DNA of 64,000 bases from Bacteroidales bacterium. Lineage in GTDB: Bacteria > Bacteroidota > Bacteroidia > Bacteroidales > UBA932. The position numbers and the translations under genes were made by a program. The DNA is taken from NCBI GenBank assembly GCA_017398125.1, contig JAFQHE010000007.1:13186-77185 (forward strand), in the 5' to 3' direction. Numbering within the stretch: position 1 is the first letter of the stretch; every line of letters starts with the position of its first letter. Below the pieces are notes generated by a model that was not told where the DNA came from, searched no databases, and saw only the letters and a program-made list of their open reading frames with translations. This document shows, in pieces, positions 57,436-64,000 of the stretch.

Positions 57436-58194
57436 ATGCAGGAAAAGTTGGAAATGTCGCAGGCTCAGGCCTCTCTGCCCCTTATTGAACTTGATAATGT
57501 AGATATAGTGAATGACGGTAACCTGATTCTTTCTGATGTCTCATTGAAGGTGAACAAGGGCGATTTCCTCTATTTGGTCGGAAAGGTAGGAAGCGGCAAA
57601 AGTTCAATAATAAAGTCCATTATAGCAGAGATTCCACTGAAAAAGGGTATAGCCAGAGTCGGTCATTATAACCTGATTAAGATCAGGAGAAAACAGATTC
57701 CATACCTGCGTAGGGGAATTGGAGTTGTCTTTCAGGATTTCCAGCTGCTTATGGACAGAAGTGTGGAGGATAACCTGCTTTTTGTGCTTGAAGCTACGGG
57801 ATGGAAAAAGCGTGCAGATATGGTCAGGCGTGTCGCTGAGGTGCTTGATATGGTTGGAATGGGAACAAAGGCCCACAAGATGCCGCACCAGCTGTCGGGA
57901 GGAGAGCAGCAGCGTGTTGTGATAGCGAGGGCACTCCTTAACAATCCCCCTATCATTTTGGCAGATGAGCCTACAGGAAACCTTGACCCGGATACAACAA
58001 TAGAGATAATGGATCTCTTTATGAAGATCCATAGGGAACAATCTCCGGCACTGATAATTGTGACCCACAACAGAGATCTTGTCAAGAAATATCCTGGAAC
58101 TTTGATGATGTGTGAGAACGGCACTCTGAACAAGAAGGAGACAGAGGTTGAGATCAATTTTGAGGATGACATCTTGGGCGGATTGGCGGAGTAG
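57436..58194 (+). CDS. ftsE: cell-division ABC ATPase FtsE-like
   Basis: ORF 57367-58194; ATG at 57436. Walker A GKVGSGKSS, signature LSGGEQQR, Walker B ILADEPTG. Confidence 0.8.
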   Translation: MQEKLEMSQAQASLPLIELDNVDIVNDGNLILSDVSLKVNKGDFLYLVGKVGSGKSSIIKSIIAEIPLKKGIARVGHYNLIKIRRKQIPYLRRGIGVVFQDFQLLMDRSVEDNLLFVLEATGWKKRADMVRRVAEVLDMVGMGTKAHKMPHQLSGGEQQRVVIARALLNNPPIILADEPTGNLDPDTTIEIMDLFMKIHREQSPALIIVTHNRDLVKKYPGTLMMCENGTLNKKETEVEINFEDDILGGLAE

Positions 58195-58210
58195 TTCAGA
58201 TTTTCAGGTT

Positions 58211-58843
58211 ATGAAAAAGTGTACCAACAGCAACAGTAAGAGGATTTTGGCGTGGTTCAAGGAGAACATGAAGTCGGCCAGGAGCGAATTGGATTTTCAG
58301 AATCCTTTCCAGCTTGTTATTGCAGTAGTTCTTTCTGCCCAGTGTACCGACAAGCGGGTGAATATTGTTACTCCGGCTCTCTTTGAGCGATTCCCGACAC
58401 CGGTTTCACTTGCCAATGCCTCATTTGACGAGGTGTTTGAGTATATAAAGTCAATATCTTTTCCCAATAACAAGGCCCGACATTTGATTGGAATGGCAAG
58501 GATGTTGACAGAAGAGTTTGATTCAATAGTGCCCTCTACTGTAGAGCAGCTTGAGAAACTGCCCGGCGTGGGACGAAAGACTGCCAATGTGGTGGCTTCG
58601 ATAATTTACGGCGCACCTGTAATTGCTGTTGATACCCATGTCTTCAGAGTTTCACACAGGCTGGGCTTTTCAAACGGCAAAACTCCACTGGAAGTTGAAA
58701 GGGATCTTAATGCGCTTATTCCTGAAGATGACAGGGCTGAGGCCCATCACTGGCTTATTCTTCACGGACGTTATGTCTGCACAGCCCGCAAACCCAACTG
58801 TTCCGGGTGTGGTGTTGCCCAATGGTGCCCGAGTGCGGTTTGA
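58211..58843 (+). CDS. nth: endonuclease III
   Basis: ORF 58148-58843; ATG at 58211. HhH motif LPGVGRKTANVV and [4Fe-4S] ligand pattern C-x6-C-x2-C-x5-C (CTARKPNCSGCGVAQWC). Confidence 0.9.
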   Translation: MKKCTNSNSKRILAWFKENMKSARSELDFQNPFQLVIAVVLSAQCTDKRVNIVTPALFERFPTPVSLANASFDEVFEYIKSISFPNNKARHLIGMARMLTEEFDSIVPSTVEQLEKLPGVGRKTANVVASIIYGAPVIAVDTHVFRVSHRLGFSNGKTPLEVERDLNALIPEDDRAEAHHWLILHGRYVCTARKPNCSGCGVAQWCPSAV

Positions 58844-58905
58844 TGCTTTGGGATTTATACTCCTTCTGAGTGCCGCCGAGTTTTGTGGATGAGGTTGATT
58901 GGTCT

Positions 58906-60003
58906 ATGCTGAATGATACTTTTAAAATAAAGGTTGATGAGTTTTGCGACTTTATGAGGTTGGAGCGTTCGCTCTCGCCCAATACCATTGCTGCGTACAG
59001 ACGTGATGTCAAGGGGTTTTTGGAGTTTGTTTCTGCCCCTGGTCCTTTCGGAGGAGCAGCCCAATGCAATTCTGATCTTGCTTCAGCAACTGCTCCCGGT
59101 CGGGCAGGAGACGATGACCTTGAGCCTGTCGGGAGACTTGAGGATATAGATGAAAGGTATCTTGGATACTATTTAAGCGCAAGATATGCAAATGGATTGA
59201 ATGAGAGGAGTCAGGCAAGAATGATAAGTGCGATAAATGCTTTTTTCAAGTTTCTGGAGAATGGTATAAATCCATGTGAAAAGATTGATGCTCCAAAACA
59301 GTCGCGCCATTTGCCGGATGTGCTCTCTGTGGAGGAGGTTGTGGCCATTATTGAATCTGTTAAGACCCTGGATTTTGAAGGCAAGCGGAACAGGGCTATC
59401 CTTGAGATGCTCTATTCGTGCGGTTTGCGTGTCTCTGAACTTGTAGATTTGCGTCTTGAGGATCTCTTTTTTAAAGATGGGTTCATCCGGGTTATAGGAA
59501 AGGGAAACAGACAGAGACTGGTTCCAGTGGGGGAGGTGGCCATAGAGGCTGTGGAGAGCTATATTTCATCAAGATGGGCATTGATACAGAGTGTAAAGCA
59601 GGGTAGGGGAAAAAGCAGAGGAAAGCATCTCGCAGGTACTGAGGCAGATTCAAAAGGACTTGTTACATCAGGTGAGCCGAAAAGAAGGAGAAGTATTGTA
59701 AAAATAGTACAGGAGGCTGATGGAACACTCTTTCTGAACAGAAGAGGTGGCAAGCTTACACGTGAAATGGTTTTTACTGTCGTCAAGCGACAGGTTGAGG
59801 CGGCAGGAATACAAAAGAAGGTCTCGCCACATACATTCCGCCACTCTTTTGCAACGCATCTTGTTGAAAATGGCGCAGATTTGAGGGTCGTTCAGGATAT
59901 GTTGGGCCACTCCAGCATACTTACCACTGAAATCTATACTCATGTGAGCAGCAAGCAATGGATGAAAGATATTCTTGACCACCATCCTATAAAAAGAAAG
60001 TAA
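58906..60003 (+). CDS. xerD: tyrosine site-specific recombinase XerD-like
   Basis: ORF 58870-60003 (GTG); ATG at 58906. LERSLSPNTIAAYRRD core-binding motif. Catalytic residues lie in GLRVSEL, HTFRHSFATH and LGHSSILTTEIYTHV. Confidence 0.85.
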   Translation: MLNDTFKIKVDEFCDFMRLERSLSPNTIAAYRRDVKGFLEFVSAPGPFGGAAQCNSDLASATAPGRAGDDDLEPVGRLEDIDERYLGYYLSARYANGLNERSQARMISAINAFFKFLENGINPCEKIDAPKQSRHLPDVLSVEEVVAIIESVKTLDFEGKRNRAILEMLYSCGLRVSELVDLRLEDLFFKDGFIRVIGKGNRQRLVPVGEVAIEAVESYISSRWALIQSVKQGRGKSRGKHLAGTEADSKGLVTSGEPKRRRSIVKIVQEADGTLFLNRRGGKLTREMVFTVVKRQVEAAGIQKKVSPHTFRHSFATHLVENGADLRVVQDMLGHSSILTTEIYTHVSSKQWMKDILDHHPIKRK

Positions 60004-60004
60004 A

Positions 60005-60036
60005 AAGCAGCCGGCACTTTTATGTGATGGCTGCTT
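60005..60036. terminator. hairpin between convergent xerD and guaA-like genes
   Basis: aagcagcc-16 nt-ggctgctt followed by cttattattt. Confidence 0.6.
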
Positions 60037-60083
60037 CTTATTATTTATTCCATATTGGAAACTTCAGTTCCCCGTGGATACTA

Positions 60084-61391
60084 TTACTCCCACTCGATTG
60101 TTGCGCTTGGTTTTGGAGACATGTCGTAACATACGCGGTTTACACCATCAACCTCCTTGAGAATTCTGTCTGTAATCTTCATAAGGATTGGCCAGTCTAA
60201 CTGCTCGATTGATGCGGTCATTGCATCGATGGTATTTACGGCGCGGATAATTACAGGCCAGTCGTATGAACGGGCATTATTCTTCACTCCAACTGACTTG
60301 AAGTCTGGAACGATAGTAAAGTATTGCCAAACCTTTTTGTCAAGGCCTGCTTTTGCAAACTCTTCGCGAAGGATTGCGTCTGATTCCCTTACGGCCTGAA
60401 GACGGTCGCGGGTAATTGCACCAAGACATCTTACACCAAGACCCGGGCCAGGGAACGGCTGGCGGAAGACCATTTCGTATGGAAGACCAAGTTCAAGACC
60501 GCAGGCACGTACCTCATCTTTGAATAGCTGTTTGATAGGCTCTACAAGCTCAAACTGCATATCCTCAGGAAGTCCTCCCACATTGTGGTGTGATTTTACC
60601 ATTTTTGCAGTCTTTGTACCGCTCTCCACAATGTCTGGGTAGATTGTTCCCTGTCCAAGGAAATCTATACCGTCAAGTTTGCGTGCCTCCTCTTCAAAAA
60701 CTCTGATGAACTCGCCACCGATGATTTTACGTTTCTGTTCAGGATCCCCAACGCCTGCAAGTTTGTCAAGGAAACGGTCGGTTGCATCCACATATACAAG
60801 GTTTGCACTCAACTGGTTTCTGAATACCTCAATAACATTCTCAGACTCACCTTTACGCATAAGTCCATGGTTTACATGCACACATACAAGGTTGTTTCCG
60901 ATAGCTTTCAACAATAGAGCGGCAACTACAGAGCTGTCAACTCCACCTGAAAGGGCAAGAAGAACTTTTCTGTCTCCAACCTGATTCCTTATAAGTTCAA
61001 TCTGGTCATTTACGAAATTAGCCATATTCCAGTTGGCCTCTGCCTTGCACGTGTCAAATACAAATGATTTTACAGCCTCTTTAACTGCATTTTCGTCATT
61101 AGTGAACTGCGCAAGTTTTGTTTGGCAAAGAGCCTTGTCATGGCCTGCTGCCATTACAGGGAATCCTGCGTTATATATATCTGGATTGACATCAATTGCA
61201 ACACCGTCTATAACATTGTTTGGACCTCCGTTTATAATGATACCTTTTACGTTAGGCAGGGATTTCAGCTCATCAACCGTAATGTCATGCGGATAAATTT
61301 CGCTGTATACACCCAATGCGCGGATAGCTCTGGCAACTACAGTGTTTTCATGGCTACCCAAGTCCAAAATTACAATCATGTCCTGTTTCAT
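60084..61391 (-). CDS. guaA: GMP synthase ATP-pyrophosphatase/dimerisation domains with truncated, Cys-less N-terminal glutaminase remnant
   Basis: 435-aa ORF with PP-loop SGGVDSSV, KSHHNVGGLP, and C-terminal PSATIEWE as in GuaA. The N-terminal ~120 aa align to the start and end of the class I GATase domain but lack the nucleophile Cys and the HPE motif. Confidence 0.85.
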   Translation of the reverse strand: MKQDMIVILDLGSHENTVVARAIRALGVYSEIYPHDITVDELKSLPNVKGIIINGGPNNVIDGVAIDVNPDIYNAGFPVMAAGHDKALCQTKLAQFTNDENAVKEAVKSFVFDTCKAEANWNMANFVNDQIELIRNQVGDRKVLLALSGGVDSSVVAALLLKAIGNNLVCVHVNHGLMRKGESENVIEVFRNQLSANLVYVDATDRFLDKLAGVGDPEQKRKIIGGEFIRVFEEEARKLDGIDFLGQGTIYPDIVESGTKTAKMVKSHHNVGGLPEDMQFELVEPIKQLFKDEVRACGLELGLPYEMVFRQPFPGPGLGVRCLGAITRDRLQAVRESDAILREEFAKAGLDKKVWQYFTIVPDFKSVGVKNNARSYDWPVIIRAVNTIDAMTASIEQLDWPILMKITDRILKEVDGVNRVCYDMSPKPSATIEWE

Positions 61392-61477
61392 CTTTCTAAT
61401 ATTTAATTGTTATCAGTTCTTCCAGATGGATTTAAAAAAAATACCGCGCAAAAATACTATAAAAAAATAATTATTTA

Positions 61478-61485
61478 TACTTTTG
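61478..61485 (+). promoter_or_regulatory. candidate -7 box (TACTTTTG) for typA
   Basis: Exact TAnnTTTG ending 13 nt before the ATG at 61499. Confidence 0.4.
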
Positions 61486-61498
61486 CAACCGATTAATT

Positions 61499-63301
61499 AT
61501 GCAAAATATTAGAAATATAGCAATCATAGCCCACGTCGACCATGGAAAAACCACATTGGTTGACAAAATGATCCAGTATGCCCTGCTTACGAGGAATGCT
61601 GAGAAGATGGGCGAGCTCATTCTGGACAATAATGATCTGGAAAGGGAGAGAGGTATCACTATCCTCGCAAAGAATGTAAGTGTGCCCTACAAGAACTACA
61701 AAATCAACATAATAGATACCCCGGGCCACGCCGACTTTGGTGGCGAGGTTGAGAGGGTTTTGAATATGGCGGATGGTGTACTTCTTCTTGTTGACGCTTT
61801 TGAAGGTACAATGCCACAGACAAGGTTTGTGCTTCAGAAGGCAATAGAGATGGGCAAGAAACCTGTAGTGGTGGTAAATAAGGTTGATAAGCTGAACTGT
61901 CGTCCCGACGAGGTGAATGAGCAGGTGTTTGACCTTATGTTTACTCTTAATGCATCTGAAGACCAGCTTGACTTCAAGACAATGTATGGAAGTGCAAAGC
62001 AGGGTTGGATGTCGGCGGACTGGAAGAATCCTTCAAAAGACATTTCACCGCTTCTTGACCTCATCCTTGAGGAGATTCCTGCTCCTGCACAGGAGGAGGG
62101 TACATGCCAGATGCTCATTTCATCATTGGAGTATTCTCCATACGTTGGCCGTATTGCAATCGGCCGAGTAAAGAGAGGAGTGCTCAAGGCAAACCAGAAT
62201 GTGACTTTGTGCAAACGAGACGGCTCTATGGAGAAGTCAAGAATCAAGGAACTTATGGTTTTTGACGGTCTTGGAAAGAAAAAGGTTGATTCTGTTGTGA
62301 GCGGTGACATTTGCGCTGTGGTTGGAATAGATGGCTTTGAAATTGGTGATACAATAGCGGATTATGAGAATCCGGAGGCTTTGCCTCCAATCTCGATTGA
62401 TGAACCTACAATGAGCATGCTCTTCTGTATCAATGATTCTCCATTCTTTGGAAAGGAGGGTAAGTTTGTTACCTCAAGACACCTTAAGGAGAGATTGGAG
62501 AAGGAGCTTGAGAAGAATCTGGCACTAAGGGTGAAAGATGGTGTAACCTCAGATTCGTTTGTGGTTTCAGGTAGAGGAGTGCTCCATTTGTCGGTACTTA
62601 TTGAGACTATGCGAAGGGAGGGCTTTGAACTTCAGGTAGGACAGCCAAAGGTTATTGACAAAAATATAAATGGTGTAAGGTGTGAACCTATTGAACATCT
62701 TACCATCGATGTCCCTGAGGATATGGTTGGAAGGGTTATTGAGATGACCACCCGCAGAAAGGGATCACTCCTGCATATGGATCATAGGGAGGATAGGGTT
62801 CACCTTGATTTTGACATTCCTGCCCGGGGAATCATCGGATTGAGAAGCAATCTGCTTACAGCTACCCAGGGTGAGGCCATAGTTGCACACCGATTTAAAG
62901 GGTATGAGCCTTATAAAGGTGAAATTGAGATGCGTACAAACGGCTCTTTGATTGCACTTGAAACTGGAACAGCAGTTGCCTACGCAATGGACAAATTGCA
63001 GGACAGAGGCAAGTTCCTGATATTCCCTGGTGAGGAGATTTATGGTGGTCAGGTAATAGGAGAGCATACCAGGATAGGAGATTTGACAATCAACGTATGC
63101 AAGACCAAGAAACTTACAAATGTGCGTGCCTCCGGAACTGATGAGAAGGCTGTTCTTCCGCCACCTTTGCAGTTCTCTTTGGAGGAGATGTTGGAGTATA
63201 TTCAGGAAGATGAACTTGTGGAAGTTACTCCAAAATCAATGCGTATAAGAAAAATTTATTTGGACGAAACAGAGCGTAAGCGCAGGCAGAAGAATTTGTA
63301 G
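61499..63301 (+). CDS. typA: translational GTPase TypA/BipA
   Basis: 600-aa ORF with [20 protein letters not shown]1 motif, DTPGHADF and NKVD. EF-G-like domain order without domain IV. Confidence 0.95.
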   Translation: MQNIRNIAIIAHVDHGKTTLVDKMIQYALLTRNAEKMGELILDNNDLERERGITILAKNVSVPYKNYKINIIDTPGHADFGGEVERVLNMADGVLLLVDAFEGTMPQTRFVLQKAIEMGKKPVVVVNKVDKLNCRPDEVNEQVFDLMFTLNASEDQLDFKTMYGSAKQGWMSADWKNPSKDISPLLDLILEEIPAPAQEEGTCQMLISSLEYSPYVGRIAIGRVKRGVLKANQNVTLCKRDGSMEKSRIKELMVFDGLGKKKVDSVVSGDICAVVGIDGFEIGDTIADYENPEALPPISIDEPTMSMLFCINDSPFFGKEGKFVTSRHLKERLEKELEKNLALRVKDGVTSDSFVVSGRGVLHLSVLIETMRREGFELQVGQPKVIDKNINGVRCEPIEHLTIDVPEDMVGRVIEMTTRRKGSLLHMDHREDRVHLDFDIPARGIIGLRSNLLTATQGEAIVAHRFKGYEPYKGEIEMRTNGSLIALETGTAVAYAMDKLQDRGKFLIFPGEEIYGGQVIGEHTRIGDLTINVCKTKKLTNVRASGTDEKAVLPPPLQFSLEEMLEYIQEDELVEVTPKSMRIRKIYLDETERKRRQKNL

Positions 63302-63306
63302 CAATT

Positions 63307-63341
63307 TTTGTTGCCTTTTTGCTTAATATTGACTATCTTTG
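63307..63341 (+). promoter_or_regulatory. candidate Bacteroidota promoter (-33 TTTG, -7 TATCTTTG) for yceD-rpmF
   Basis: TTTG at 63307-63310 and TATCTTTG at 63334-63341, separated by 23 nt. Lies 29 nt upstream of the ATG at 63370. Confidence 0.45.
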
Positions 63342-63369
63342 CACGCTCTTTATGGATTTTTGAACGGTT

Positions 63370-63918
63370 ATGAGGGAGCAACAAGTTGAAAATAAGAACT
63401 TTATAATACAAATTAAAGGTCTTAAAATAGGAAAGTACGAGTATGATTTTCCTGTTGATGGTGCTTTCTTCAGAGAGTTTGAGAATACACAGATACTGGA
63501 TGCATCGCTTGATGTGAAGATTGTTTTGGAGAGGGGCGGTGGTTGGATGAATCTGGTAAGTTCTATCAAAGGTACAGTTACGGTTGAGTGTGACAGATGC
63601 CTTGATGATCTCAATTTGCCGGTTGACTTTTCGGCAAATTTGGCTGTGAAGTTTGCAAAGAGCGATGAAGATCCGCAAAGTGATGAGTTCCTTGTGGTTG
63701 ACCCTTCTGACGGGGAGTTGGATTTGAGTCAGTTCATATATGATTATGTATGTGTGAACTTGCCATTGCAGAAGGTACATGAGGAGGGAGAGTGCAATCC
63801 GCAGATGATTGCAAAGTTGAGTGGGATGGATGCGGAAAACAATATTGGGCAGGAAAGCGGCAATGAGACCAATTCACCGTTTGGTGCTTTGGGTGAGTTG
63901 CTTAAAAATATGAAATAA
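63370..63918 (+). CDS. yceD: YceD-family (DUF177) protein
   Basis: 182-aa acidic ORF with ECDRCLDDLNLPV motif. Conserved position directly upstream of rpmF. Confidence 0.8.
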   Translation: MREQQVENKNFIIQIKGLKIGKYEYDFPVDGAFFREFENTQILDASLDVKIVLERGGGWMNLVSSIKGTVTVECDRCLDDLNLPVDFSANLAVKFAKSDEDPQSDEFLVVDPSDGELDLSQFIYDYVCVNLPLQKVHEEGECNPQMIAKLSGMDAENNIGQESGNETNSPFGALGELLKNMK

Positions 63919-63938
63919 CAATTAAAAAATAAGTAGAG

Positions 63939-64000
63939 ATGGCACATCCTAAACACAAAATTTCGAAACAGCGCAGAAACAAACGTAGAACTCACGATAA
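63939..64000 (+). CDS. rpmF: 50S ribosomal protein L32 (5' partial, runs off window)
   Basis: ATG at 63939 translates to MAHPKHKISKQRRNKRRTHD, the conserved L32 N-terminus. Truncated by the window end. Confidence 0.85.
   Translation, partial: MAHPKHKISKQRRNKRRTHD

Noticed and set aside
57604-58172. Two overlapping minus-strand ORFs (154 and 146 aa) inside the ftsE-like gene
   Set aside because: The plus-strand frame carries complete Walker A, signature and Walker B motifs, whereas the antisense frames have none.
58870-60003. Tyrosine recombinase as marker of an integrated mobile element or as the invertase for the 28.2-kb palindrome pair
   Set aside because: It is flanked by housekeeping genes (ftsE, nth, guaA-like, typA) and carries XerD-type N-terminal motifs. 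It lies 30 kb from the palindromes and 17 kb from the tRNA, and I noticed no repeat of the tRNA 3' end or att-like direct repeats.
63256-63780. 174-aa minus-strand ORF antisense to the yceD-like gene and the typA terminus
   Set aside because: It overlaps the conserved yceD-rpmF arrangement and the typA stop. The sequence is low-complexity and I/L/K-rich with no motif, so it is most likely a shadow ORF.

Overview
Chromosomal window from a Bacteroidota, most likely Bacteroidales. This is inferred from type V (Mfa/FimA-class) pilin lipoproteins, many TAnnTTTG -7 boxes and DUF3575-type outer-membrane proteins. No rRNA, CRISPR array, transposase or prophage signature was seen.

(1) 78-26245: a single co-directional block of 27 genes. 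The largest internal gap is 58 nt and there are many 4-29 nt overlaps. It encodes an aryl-polyene/flexirubin-type type II PKS-like lipid pathway:
- Core: ketoreductase, three Cys-His-His ketosynthases, two Cys-less KS-like partners, two ACPs, two hotdog dehydratases, a 4HBT thioesterase, an O-methyltransferase and a PaaK-like adenylating ligase.
- Lipid attachment and export: LpxL-like, GT2-fused and PlsC-like acyltransferases, a LolA-like carrier and an MMPL exporter.
- Non-canonical extras: two CrtI-like flavoenzymes, a B12-binding radical SAM enzyme, two alpha/beta hydrolases, a tandem-domain secreted protein, and a C-terminal pseudo-acyltransferase/methyltransferase-like tail on the MMPL protein.
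- This is the main candidate for an uncharacterised system.

(2) 26368-27816 (-): a beta-eliminating lyase with tyrosine-phenol-lyase-like signature residues.

(3) 28.1-37.9 kb: a type V pilus operon. It comprises a DUF3575-like barrel, an OmpA-like protein, an Mfa1-like major subunit, an Mfa2-like anchor and two accessory/tip lipoproteins. It is preceded by a long leader carrying two oppositely oriented copies of a 17-bp palindrome, 180 bp apart.

(4) 38-64 kb: mostly housekeeping genes. These are a TlpA-like redoxin, an OM barrel, tRNA-Leu(GAG), cardiolipin synthase, a sugar MFS transporter with a ROK kinase, gyrB, an M23/LysM peptidase, a TPR protein, ftsE, nth, xerD, typA and yceD-rpmF. 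Two items stand out: an alpha-oxoamine synthase + SDR pair (sphingolipid or sulfonolipid entry steps) and a GMP synthase with a vestigial glutaminase domain.

All calls rest on reading the supplied ORF translations and the DNA; no database search was run.
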